DNA of 64,000 nt from Eledone cirrhosa (taxonomy: Eukaryota): NCBI GenBank assembly GCA_964016885.1, contig OZ024740.1, positions 397,978,001-398,042,000 of the forward strand. Reading direction: 5' to 3'. A model generated the notes under the pieces. That model was not told where the DNA came from. It worked only from the letters and a program-made list of their open reading frames with translations, and made no database searches. Every line of letters starts with the position of its first letter. The stretch's first letter is position 1. Position numbers and translations under genes: made by a program. Below are positions 53,796-64,000 of this stretch, in pieces.

Positions 53796-54747
53796 TGTAG
53801 CGACTAGCGCCACCTTGCCCGGGGAGAAAAATCTAATTGGAGTTACTTCCCCGTGGCCAATATATAAGGGAGTGTTCTGACGTCACTCGACCTCTCTTGC
53901 TCACTCACTCTCTTTTTGGCGGCACCTCTCAAACTGGTCAGATCGAGCGCAAGCATGCTAACCTTTTTTCAACCATATCTTATAATTCAGAATTATTCTT
54001 TGTCATGCCACGAGGCACATTTGTTTACCACATATGTAATTCACGGGGTACAATAAACGCAAGTTATTTTGATACTCGTTTTGAGAAACTTATTATGCTT
54101 GAGTTATTACTTCAGATGTATTGAGAGATAATTCTCACACGGCATGAAATTGTATGAAAATTCTCCTATCACGTCGGGGTCACCAAAAAAAAAAGAGAAA
54201 GAAAAAAAAAGAGAAAGAAAAAAAAGAGAAAGAAAAAAAAAAGAAAGAAAAAAAAAGAGAAAGAAAAAAAAGAAAAAAAAAGAAAAAAAAGAAAAAAAAG
54301 AAAAAAAAGAAGAAAAAAAAGAGAAAAAAAGGAAAAAAAAAGAAGAAAAAAAGAAAAAGAAAAGAAGAAAAAAAGAGATAGGAGAATTTTCATACAATTT
54401 CATGCCGTGTGAGAATTATCTCTCAATACATCTGAAGTAATAACTCAAGCATAAGTTTCTCAAAACGAGTATCAAAATAACTTGCGTTTATTGTACCCCG
54501 TGAATTACATATGTGGTAAACAAATGTGCCTCGTGGCATGACAAAGAATAATCCTGAATTATAAGATATGGTTGAAAAAAGGTTAGCATGCTTGCGCTCG
54601 ATCTGACCAGTTTGAGAGGTGCCGCCAAAAAGAGAGTGAGTGAGCAAGAGAGGTCGAGTGACGTCAGAACATTCCCTTATATACTGGCCACGGGGAAGTC
54701 ACTCCAATTAGTTTTTTTCCCCGGGCAAGGTGGCGCTAGTCGCTACA
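53796..54747. mobile_element. TG...CA element with ~375-bp inverted LTR-like arms, tRNA-Trp 3' end and polypurine spacer
   Basis: 53796-54170 is inverted against 54377-54747. Termini are TGTAGCG/CGCTACA, flanked by TATA. The arm has TATATAAG (53861) and AATAAA (54052). The spacer is ACGTCGGGGTCACCA plus an A/G-only tract. Confidence 0.85.
54168..54185 (-). other. Primer-binding-site-like sequence complementary to tRNA-Trp 3' end
   Basis: Minus strand reads TGGTGACCCCGACGTGAT. The plus strand equals the last 18 nt of metazoan tRNA-Trp including CCA. Confidence 0.85.
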
Positions 54748-55060
54748 TATATATATGTGTGTACAGATAAATGTAGCCAGTCTCTTGACCTTTAGGTGAT
54801 CAGGGCTATCCGTCATTGGCTGACAAGCTCTATTAGTCTTCAAGAAAGGGAACAATCAATTATATTGAACGATGTAGGGTAAAAGCTAAATAGGGCAGCA
54901 TTTGAACACATCGTAAATTGATCACCTAAGATCATGATTTTGATCTCTCTTTATCCGTATTAATGCTTCCATAAATAGAATAAATAGTAATATCTTACAT
55001 CACGTACACACATACATACGCACCTCATATATAAATATATATAAATATATATATATATAC

Positions 55061-55296
55061 GGCCTGGCGGGTTCGATTTCTGGGTTGCGTGTTTTGTTCT
55101 TGAGCAAAACACTTCATTTCACGTTGCTCCAGTTTACTCACCTGAAAATGAGTATCAGCAATAGCTGGCGGTTTAATCCTGTGATGAACTGGCGTCCTGT
55201 CCAGGGGGGGGGGGGAGTCTTGTACTCTCAGTCACTTCACATCATGAAACCGAGATAAGCACAGGCCTGATGAGCCTTCTGGCTAAGACAGACGTT

Positions 55297-55304
<8 letters not shown>
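55061..55304 (+). mobile_element. tRNA SINE with CORE-like domain, 5'-truncated
   Basis: B-box GGTTCGATTTC. Homologous to 51504-51776. Confidence 0.8.
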
Positions 55305-55372
<68 letters not shown>

Positions 55373-55520
55373 GATTAGAATACTGGAGCGTGTTTGAGTC
55401 AAACACCCTCTTCGTATTATAGAAATGACAGTAAAAGGTATAGCTCAATGCAGTTAAACAGAGCTAAAAAATTAAGAGAGTAAAACAAAGAATCCTTTAA
55501 TACATCAAAAGTTTTTATTA

Positions 55521-55558
55521 GCCGACAATGTTTCGTCCTATTAAGGACTCATCAGGGC
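55521..55558 (-). ncRNA. Canonical hammerhead ribozyme motif in the Naiad 3' pLTR
   Basis: GCC-CTGATGA-GTCCT-TAAT-AGGAC-GAAA-CATTG-TC-GGC. Confidence 0.85.
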
Positions 55559-55896
55559 AATCAAAACAACAAGAGGTAATATCGGCAGATACAAGCCAGA
55601 AACTCTGAAGAATATGGAGTGTACATACACTAATGTCTTACAAAGATATAGGATAATAAAAATGAAAATAAAGATAAAAATAATAAAAATATATAATAAC
55701 TAAGGATGTAGATAACATTAAGAACCATATTACAAATATAGTCCAAAGCCACCAACCTAAATCTAAACAAATTTGGTTATATAGAGCAGGAATTATATAT
55801 AACACAATATAATACATTATAATAATAATATATTTATACCAACATTAAAATTCCAAATTAAAAATCAAAAGGTACAATATATACATGTATATATGT

Positions 55897-55955
<59 letters not shown>

Positions 55956-57479
55956 ACAATACACATATCTATGTTCTATTACACAGAAATTAAGCCCTAT
56001 TAGAAGTTTGAATATTAAAAATAAGCATGGTAATAGTGAAAATAATACTAATACATCTACCCAATATACATGAGGCAATAATATGATATAATTACAAGAA
56101 ACACATATAACAAATAATAAACAACAAAATTATATAATTCAATACAATATAATAAAGTAGAATAGATAATCCCCGGTTAATTTACAGAAACAATATAGAT
56201 GTCACAATGAAATACAATGATAAAATGTTAACATTATATTAACAAGTACCATAAACAATATATACAAATTGATTCATACTGGGTTACATAATAAATGAGG
56301 AAATATAAATCATATAATACTCAAAAAAACTATAATGGTACAGGGAAAAATTGTGATGTTACAGAAAAAATATGATGTTACAGAAAAAAATATACAGACG
56401 TCTAGCATGATATGTAAAGTCTAAATATCATAATGTTACATATTACAATATTAAAAAAAAACCCAGACATCTTACATGATATATAAAGTTTAAATATCAT
56501 AATGTTATATATAATGAACGGTAAGTAATAAGGATCTATATCATAATGTAATATATTTTAAAATTGGCATAAAATATATAAATACTTATAATTACAAGGT
56601 TAGTAGACAGACATGTGTGGATGAGTGAGCGAAGCCAGACGGTGAATAGTAAATAGAATATAGAATAAAACAAATAAATACAATCAACCGGAAATTACAA
56701 AACAAAAGCAAATGTATACACATTTAGGCCTCGCGTGCATTAAGAAATTAGGTAAACACCAAGGAAAGCGATCATTTTAAATGACTCCAAACCCTATCTG
56801 ATAAATTAATATTAAAAATATCGAACCCGTCCAATAAGGTAGTATAATATTAGCTGTAGTTTAAGTCATTAAAGTATATAAACTTTAATGTATCATTACA
56901 AATGTTTACAAAAAGGAATAAAATTACACTATCATATACGCAACGATATCTAAAAAAACTGACTTAAGTAGAGTTAAGGTAGGCTAATGGGGACAGAATT
57001 GACAAAATATATGGAGGGTGCGAAGTGGCATAAAATATATTCGATATACTATAATAAATAATAGAACGGAGCATAAAAGAGGGGGGGGGGTAAATATAAT
57101 CATATTCAATCTGGAGGGGTTGACAATAAGTTTATGTGTGCATGGGGGGGGGGGGAGAAAGGGGGGGGGGGTTGTCAATAGGTAAATCAGAATAGACTTA
57201 GAAATAAAAATAGAATTAAAAATAAAACTAAAAATAATATTAATTAAAATTAAAGTTAATAATAATAAAAAAATATAAAGATAATAATAGAATAACGTAA
57301 GTGGCGTAAAGTGTGTAATCTTATGTATACTAACAAGGTGTAATAGTGAAGACATAGATATGGTACAGTGGCCAAATGATTATGAGAGCTAGAATGAAGA
57401 GTCATCAAAAACCAATGATAACATTAATGTTGGCAAACAAAAGAACCCAAACAAAAAACTAAGTAATGGAATATATCTG

Positions 57480-59444
57480 CTAATGGGTACAATTTGTACT
57501 ACTAGAACATTTGGGTTTATAATAAAAATAAGAATTAGAAATGGCATGGGGGCAAGAAGAGAATATCTCAGACTTTCTATTCAGTAAGGGTACGCTAGAG
57601 AAAATAATAGAGTGTGTCTCAAGTATACAGAGATTACAAAACTTACTATGTGCAGAAAGGTGGTTAGATCGTGCAACTAAACTCCAGTTAAGGCTATATG
57701 GTATATAAGCTCCCTTAAGATCACAGATATAATGCGCTAGAGAGGTAGAATTCTTAAACCTAACATGTTTGAAGTTAGAGATATGAGAGTTAAACCTAGT
57801 CTTAAAAGTGTTTGAAGTAGATCCTATATACGTTCTTTTAGAGGAATTAGTTATAACCTCGCAAGCATAGACAATGTTCTTAGAAAGGCAGTTACCGTTT
57901 AGAGGGCAGTTAGCACTCACTCTACAATTGCACTTCCGGGTGTTATTGGTTGGCTCGAGTGGTGATGTATTGCACGTAGGACCTCTATTAGATAAGGACT
58001 GTTCTGGTGGTAAAGCATTGTCCGATGCATTCAGACTAGTAGTATGTAGAGAGGAGAATCCATCCCTAATTTTCCTATTATTAGTGCTAGCTAAATGAGA
58101 ACTAATATTAGGGGTGGTAGAGAATGAGAGTTTAATAACATTTTTATTAAAAATACCATGGTATTTGTGAGAAGGGGGGAAATTTTTCTCCAAGATAGTG
58201 AATAAAGACCTAGGGATATTAGTTGATACATCCTGATTATATGGCGGGTTGAAATAAGTATTCAATCGCCTTCTATTTTTATTTTTATTCTTATCGACCC
58301 TACCTCTATCAAATGTCCCACCGTCGAGACTAGGGTTACTATCGGGAATAGTTGAAGCCACATTCATAGAATCAGCCATAATTTCGTTATGCCTATTATA
58401 GTTTCTACCTCTAGTAGATCCGCTGTTGTCCAGAATCCCTACAAGAGGATTAAGGCCAATGATAGGATCAGTAGGAGCAACATTACTAGAATAAGATCCA
58501 GCCAAACCAACACCAATGCGTGAGCGCACAGGGGGCTCGACTTGTCTCTTAGAGGTATTATATTTGTTATTACGAGTCCGGTGGGATAATTTATGGGTGG
58601 GTTCAGATACTCCTATATAAGTTCTATGGTTACTATGTTTGCTACTCCCATTCATGGCCATGTTATGTGATATAATGTTATTATTATTAAGAGTAAGCGG
58701 AGACTTTCCAAAGTTACTATTATTATAATTTATTTTACTAGAGTGACCTGAATTTGCTAGGGCATTATTGTAGTACTCCGCATGTTCATTAAAAGTTCCT
58801 ATGTCCTTAGATAGTGTGGAAATCCTATTAGAAACGCCCTTAATTATAGAGTTTATCATAGACTTAGGGTGGTTAGAATTGGGGCTAACATAAGAAAGAA
58901 TTTCATTAGGCTTATGGAAGGGTTTAAAACTATTAGTGGCCAAGTCCAAAGTCACATCTAAAAAGTTAACCGCTCTATCATTTCTATCTATCGTGATTGA
59001 AAGGTTGTAGCTTTTAAAAAACTTATAAAGCTTCTTCTTATTACGTTCTACATTGTTGGTACTAGAGTTAATTACAAAAAATGCATCATCGCGATATAGT
59101 CCGCCTACAAGGTGCGGGAAAGTAGCGTATAGTTTATTAAGGAGGAACAACCCAACAAGATCAGTAACCTGGGCCGAATCACTCGAACCCATTGTAACGT
59201 CGAAATTATTGGGCGTGTTTTTACGGGTCCAAAAAGTGTCCTCAAATTTAATAATAGTTTTACGGGCTGCTAGTATAATATCTACCTGCGATCGTGTAAG
59301 GCTGGACACTCTCATGGCCAACATTAAGGCTTTATTGAGGAGGATGGGTGAAATTGATGTGTAGTAGGCATCAATATCGAATTGGATAAACTTATTAGAT
59401 TCAAGTCTATTAATCCCAGAGAACCAATCTATAACTTCCCTAGT
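57480..59444 (-). CDS. Penelope-like reverse transcriptase / GIY-YIG endonuclease (N-terminally truncated, frame open)
   Basis: The frame is open upstream of the track ATG (VIDWF...FIQFDIDAYYTSI). Motifs: FDVTMGSSDSAQ, GLYRDD, VNFLDV, SNHP, YFNPPY, CNCR..CPLNGNCL, IVY..TYIGST, CNLC..E, LN.KSE...CPH. Confidence 0.93.
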   Translation of the reverse strand, partial: TREVIDWFSGINRLESNKFIQFDIDAYYTSISPILLNKALMLAMRVSSLTRSQVDIILAARKTIIKFEDTFWTRKNTPNNFDVTMGSSDSAQVTDLVGLFLLNKLYATFPHLVGGLYRDDAFFVINSSTNNVERNKKKLYKFFKSYNLSITIDRNDRAVNFLDVTLDLATNSFKPFHKPNEILSYVSPNSNHPKSMINSIIKGVSNRISTLSKDIGTFNEHAEYYNNALANSGHSSKINYNNSNFGKSPLTLNNNNIISHNMAMNGSSKHSNHRTYIGVSEPTHKLSHRTRNNKYNTSKRQVEPPVRSRIGVGLAGSYSSNVAPTDPIIGLNPLVGILDNSGSTRGRNYNRHNEIMADSMNVASTIPDSNPSLDGGTFDRGRVDKNKNKNRRRLNTYFNPPYNQDVSTNIPRSLFTILEKNFPPSHKYHGIFNKNVIKLSFSTTPNISSHLASTNNRKIRDGFSSLHTTSLNASDNALPPEQSLSNRGPTCNTSPLEPTNNTRKCNCRVSANCPLNGNCLSKNIVYACEVITNSSKRTYIGSTSNTFKTRFNSHISNFKHVRFKNSTSLAHYICDLKGAYIPYSLNWSLVARSNHLSAHSKFCNLCILETHSIIFSSVPLLNRKSEIFSSCPHAISNSYFYYKPKCSSSTNCTH

Positions 59445-59468
59445 GATCCCTTTGTCAGCTAATAAAAA

Positions 59469-59510
<42 letters not shown>

Positions 59511-59537
59511 TTTTTATTAGCCGACAAAGGGAACACT

Positions 59538-59588
<51 letters not shown>

Positions 59589-59590
<2 letters not shown>

Positions 59591-59773
59591 TGGCAGAATC
59601 GATAGAGCGTCAGACACCATGCTTTCGAGCATAGTTACGTCCCTTTACAGTCTGAGTTCAAATCCTGCCGAGGTTAACTTTGCCTTTCATCCTTACGGGG
59701 TCGATAAAATAAAGTACCAGTACATTACTGAATGTACAAGGTATTTGTTGGCCTTGTGCCTAAAGTAGAAACA
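59589..59773 (+). mobile_element. tRNA-derived SINE, dominant family
   Basis: Shared head and body. Confidence 0.85.
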
Positions 59774-59810
59774 CATATATATATATATATGGTATTATAT
59801 ATATATATAT

Positions 59811-60016
59811 AACGAAGGAAATGTGGTAAGGAACCAGGTGGACCATAACGCACCAAAGTACTCAATACTTAGGGTAGTAGAGTGGGTAATAGGAACGAGT
59901 AGGACCCCGACGGCTGAGCTCAAGCCGTTTCGACGGCTAATTCTGGATTTTTTTTTTTTTAGTCCAGAATTAGCCGTCGAAACGGCTTGAGCTCAGCCGT
60001 CGGGATCCTACTCGTT

Positions 60017-60021
<5 letters not shown>
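59811..60021. mobile_element. Family B fold-back element (tail 59811-59888, palindrome 59889-60021)
   Basis: 59-bp arms around a T-rich loop, with an HHR 3' half in each arm. Confidence 0.8.
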
Positions 60022-60094
<73 letters not shown>

Positions 60095-60100
<6 letters not shown>

Positions 60101-60657
60101 TATGTATACGTACATACATATATGTATACAGACGTACAGTAGTATGTATATATATATACATACATGCACATATATATGTGTACGTATGGATTCACCGAAC
60201 ATTTATTATAATGCTCGGTCTGTTTGTAAACAAACATCCCGAATTAAGCCGTACAGTGTCTAGCATTTGTTCAGCACTGACAAAAGCACGCTGTACTAGT
60301 TTCAAACTTATTAGCTATCGTCAGCAACGTATACCTTCCTGCCAGATGGTTGAACGTCTGAAAGTATATACTTTCCTTATGCATATTAACGGCTGAGCAG
60401 CCTAATTTGCATATCGAGCGAGTTAATCGGCCGGGGTACCGAATTGGGATGTTTCGGGATGTTTGTTTACAAACACACCGAGCATTATAATAAATGTTCG
60501 GTGAATCTATACGTACATATATATATGTGTGCATGTATGTATATATATATACATACTACTGTACGTCTGTATAAATATATGTATGTACGTATACATACTT
60601 ATATTTAAGTAACAGCCGTACTAAGAGTGAGAAATGAAATTTCGTTTCATTTTTTCC

Positions 60658-60658
<1 letters not shown>
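60095..60658. mobile_element. Retrozyme-like family R in fold-back form
   Basis: 60095-60243 is inverted against 60453-60603. Tail at 60604-60658. HHR at 60288-60330. Confidence 0.85.
60288..60330 (-). ncRNA. Hammerhead ribozyme motif, family R variant
   Basis: ACGTTG-CTGACGA-T-AGCT-AATA-AGTT-T-GAAA-CTAG-TA-CAGCGT. The stem I G.U pair is switched to U.G relative to other copies. Confidence 0.8.
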
Positions 60659-60714
<56 letters not shown>

Positions 60715-60956
60715 GTATTAGCATTGGAAATAGCGATGTATACACGAATGTATGTATAGTATATTTGGCAATATACCGTATGTTTAATTAAAAAACATTT
60801 AGAAGACCATTCGCTATGAGTTTTAAAGTAATGTCTATGTCACTTACTTAATCTCGGCAAAAGTAACAGAGAGTGGCCGACAGACAGTCTGTTTCTTTCT
60901 TGTGAGCTTTTATCAGGACCACACACACTCTGCCGCCTATATATATATATATATAC

Positions 60957-61150
60957 ACGTTATTCCGGGTTGAATCGGAGGTAACCACAGTAAGTAAGGT
61001 ACTCAATACATAGCAGAGTATAAAAGTTTCAATATAGATGAGATTCTACAGGACTAGAACTGTTTCATTCTTTAGAAATCATCAGGAATCTCTGATGATT
61101 TCTAAAGAATGAAACAGTTCTAGTCCTGTAGAATCTCATCTATATTAAAA

Positions 61151-61153
<3 letters not shown>
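60957..61153. mobile_element. Family C fold-back element (tail 60957-61023, palindrome 61024-61153)
   Basis: Homologous to 63371-63568, flanked by (TA)n. Confidence 0.85.
61040..61092 (-). ncRNA. Hammerhead ribozyme motif, family C
   Basis: GAGATTC-CTGATGA-T-TTC-TAAA-GAA-T-GAAA-CAG-TTCTAGTC-CTG-TA-GAATCTC. Confidence 0.8.
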
Positions 61154-61196
<43 letters not shown>

Positions 61197-61381
61197 GAAA
61201 GGGGTATATGCGTATATGTGCATGCGTGTATGCACACAAGCACAGGGAAGAAATAGTTGCAAATGAATTAAAGGAAAGGAGGAATTAGAAACTGGTATCT
61301 GGCAAAAGTTAGATTGAGAGAGAGAGGAGAAGAGAGAGAGAGGGGGAACAGGGAGAGAGAGAGAGAGAGGGGGAACAGAGA

Positions 61382-61449
<68 letters not shown>

Positions 61450-62059
61450 TGTATGTATATATATATATATATGGGTTGCAGCGATCAATCGGTAGATTAT
61501 CGTTATCGGACATATCGACAATTTTGTAGATTAATTGGTATCGTCTTTCTTGTCCATTAATCAGTTTTGATAATTCTTATTATTGATAGGCCCATATGCT
61601 GGAACAAGAAAACCACGGGTGATAAAACACTTTGAATTCAACATGTAAAAATATATACGAAACATATATTACTTCCTAGGTCACACAATCTAAGCCCACC
61701 AGAATAATATAACGCGTTGATATACATTATTGGAAATTACTTCATACTGCTCAGGGGATGTAACTCCCCGTTGATAAAGAGTGCCAAAGTATAAGCAAAG
61801 CTTTCCTACCCGTCTGAGGTGACTGTTTGTCTATCAAGGCATTTCAGTGGGCCTTAGAATGTTTGGCGGTGCCCATCTCCTCTTCAAGCCTTAAGTCCCT
61901 CACTAAATTTAGCCTGCTAGCAGAAGCAGTTTCCGGTATGTGGCTGAAAAGGTTTTCAGAGTCAATAGTGAGAATCAGGTGAAAACCAATGTACCTGTCC
62001 ATCCCTAAGAATGCCGCTGCCGGACATCAAGGTATTCTCTCTACCCGAACACCCAATAC

Positions 62060-62378
62060 AGGGAGCACAAAACAAACACCTTTGTCAGGCAGCGAGGTAA
62101 CAAATATACTTGGCTGGCAGAAAACATTCCGTGCGATACTAAAGGCATGTGGTTAAAATGTCTTAGGAAAGAGCTCCTGGACAGATTTTTACGGGAAAAA
62201 CCAACAGACAAGAGACCCAGGGATAGATCCTGAGAAAGATGGCTGGATAACATCCACGAGTTTAGCTGGTCAGGTTTGAGGATCAAGAAGAAGAAGAAGA
62301 AGAAGAAGAAGAAGAAGAAGAAGAAGAAGAAGAAGAAGAAGAAGAAGAAGAAGAAGAAGAAGAAGAAGAAGAAGAAGA
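62060..62378 (+). pseudogene. Decayed LINE 3' end with (AAG)n tail
   Basis: Remnant of GHV.RM...KRP.GRP..RWLDNI followed by (AAG)n. Confidence 0.55.
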
Positions 62379-62800
62379 TATCTGAACATTAAAAAAGAGG
62401 TCATTTTGGCGTTATACATTGATGTTAATAAAAAGATGAAATACTAAGTTAGAGAGTGAGAAGAAGAAGGAATATAAAATTTAACATTATATTAAATGAT
62501 ATATATTGCATTTATATATTAAATGATATATTGACTCGGTTATCAATCACTGCTAAAACGGCACGTCGCTTCGGCTTTAGGTTTCGCTTCTGAATCAATA
62601 TTTTCAAAGGATTAAGAATGTTTGTAACTATTATTAAACTATTCAAGGTGACCTGTACAAGTGTTATAAGTAAAAAAAGATGTAATTTTTACGGCACGTA
62701 TGTATGATTGAATGTATGTATGTATGTATGTATGTATGTATGTATGTATGTATGTATGTATGTATGTATGTATGTATGTATGTATGTATGTATGTATGTA

Positions 62801-62867
<67 letters not shown>

Positions 62868-63003
62868 TACTGGGTGAATTGATTTTACTGCTATTATCCG
62901 CTGATTCTCAACTGATACATGAAAATGGTCAATGTGAGGAATTGTTCCCTCAATCCATTGACTACATTCATAGCATTCACGGCGATACGACGCACAAGTT
63001 ATA

Positions 63004-63179
63004 CAGGAGCAGTGGAAGCATATGGGGGGGGGGGGGTCAACTTAGTTGTAGTGGTTAGTTTAGCTCTTTACTCTCTGAAATGGTCAGAAAATATACATAG
63101 ATTGTAGCGAACATCCAAATAGTTGAGTGTTTGGGTAGTTTGGAGAGAAAATATGATTATTAGAGTTCCACCGCCCCTG
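63004..63179. mobile_element. MITE with TA target site
   Basis: TIRs CAGGAGCAGTGGAA / TTCCACCGCCCCTG, with TA on each side. Confidence 0.75.
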
Positions 63180-63320
63180 TATATATATATATATACCCAG
63201 GGAGTGTAACATGATTCCAGAGTCGGACCAGATCGATACAGATCAAACCTTGAGCTGGTCAACAGAGAAACTCGCGTCACCAATCAATAAACGTAATGAA
63301 AGCTTAACAAATCGCCCTTG

Positions 63321-63373
<53 letters not shown>

Positions 63374-63456
63374 GGTCCCGGGTTGAGTCGGGGATAACCA
63401 CAGTAAGTAAGGTACTCAATACATGGCAGAGTAAAATTTTTTTATTTTATAGAAGG

Positions 63457-63507
63457 AGCTTCTACAGGACTAGTACTGTTTCATTCAGATGAAATCTTCA
63501 GGCAGCT
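63457..63507 (-). ncRNA. Hammerhead ribozyme motif, family C (left arm)
   Basis: AGCTGC-CTGAAGA-...-GAAA-CAG/CTG-TA-GAAGCT, with one stem I mismatch. Confidence 0.7.
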
Positions 63508-63554
63508 TCCTGAAGATTTCATCTGAATGAAACAGTACTAGTCCTGTAGAAGCT
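63504..63554 (+). ncRNA. Hammerhead ribozyme motif, family C (right arm)
   Basis: AGCTTC-CTGAAGA-T-TTC-ATCT-GAA-T-GAAA-CAG-TACTAGTC-CTG-TA-GAAGCT. Confidence 0.8.
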
Positions 63555-63562
63555 CCTTCTAT

Positions 63563-63597
<35 letters not shown>

Positions 63598-63665
63598 GAA
63601 AGGTATAGAAATTGTTTTAGCGAGAAGCTAACAGTATTTCATAACATATATATATATATATATTT

Positions 63666-63696
<31 letters not shown>

Positions 63697-63859
63697 GCCT
63701 TTATTTTTAAATTTATCTCATTCCTTGTATTTTGATCATGCTTTATTTTTATTTTTATCTTTATTTTTTATTTTTTCATTCGCACCGTTTCCTTTCGCTA
63801 TATGTCTCTCCACCACTCCCCTACACACCCTTTGAACTCTGTTCCAACACACTTCCCAC

Positions 63860-63890
63860 CTGAGGAAGGGCTTATGCCCGAAACGTCGTC
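63860..63890 (+). ncRNA. Hammerhead core without an evident stem I
   Basis: CTGAGGA-A-GGGC-TTAT-GCCC-GAAA-CGTCG-TC. Upstream and downstream flanks do not pair. Confidence 0.5.
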
Positions 63891-64000
63891 CCCCACCAAC
63901 ACCCCACTCTCCAGAGCGTGAAATTAATAAACATTTGTTGTACTGCCTCTCTGTTTTGTCCCTGTTCAAATTTTTCCATTATATATATATATATATATAC

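Larger units (their letters stand above)
55369..59473 (-). mobile_element. Naiad-type Penelope-like retroelement, 5'-truncated, inserted in (TA)n
   Basis: RT-GIY-YIG ORF, ~2-kb AT-rich 3' region and terminal HHR. A short inverted pLTR piece at 59452-59473 matches 55507-55528. Confidence 0.92.
63371..63568. mobile_element. Family C fold-back element (tail 63371-63442, palindrome 63443-63568)
   Basis: Centre is AGCT at 63504-63507. Flanked by (TA)n. Confidence 0.85.

Noticed and set aside
54168-54185. tRNA-Trp gene
   Set aside because: Only the 3' 18 nt with CCA is present. There is no D arm, anticodon arm or 5' acceptor strand.
54144-54440. Lys/Glu-rich ORF
   Set aside because: It is a translation of the A/G tract inside the inverted-repeat element.
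55267-55290. CTGATGA-GCC-TTCT-GGC as a hammerhead
   Set aside because: Followed by TAAG rather than GAAA, no stem III or I, and the homologous SINE at 51504-51776 lacks CTGATGA.
57480-59444. Selenoprotein-type Naiad (UGA readthrough)
   Set aside because: There is no in-frame TGA in the retained ORF, which ends at TAG. No SECIS was recognised by eye.

Overview
AT-rich, microsatellite-saturated animal DNA. The SINE families and repeat style suggest an octopus (inference). No host protein-coding gene is supportable, and nearly all track ORFs are translations of (TA)n, (CA)n, (TATG)n or (GTG/GTA)n repeats. Recognisable coding remnants are a 5'-truncated but open Penelope-like (Naiad-type) RT/GIY-YIG element (55369-59473, minus), a second Naiad endonuclease fragment (19967-20510), a decayed R4/Dong-type RLE retrotransposon (7243-11095) and several RTE LINE pieces. 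There are also many tRNA-SINEs and a few MITEs. The dominant hidden pattern is a set of small elements embedded in (TA)n tracts. They carry minimal type I hammerhead ribozyme (HHR) motifs from several unrelated sequence families and are usually built as fold-back inverted repeats with a one-sided 3' tail. One family is a ~490-bp retrozyme-like unit present four times. A separate 952-bp TG...CA element has inverted LTR-like arms enclosing the exact 18-nt 3' end of mature tRNA-Trp and a polypurine tract. All RNA structures were read by eye; none was computed.
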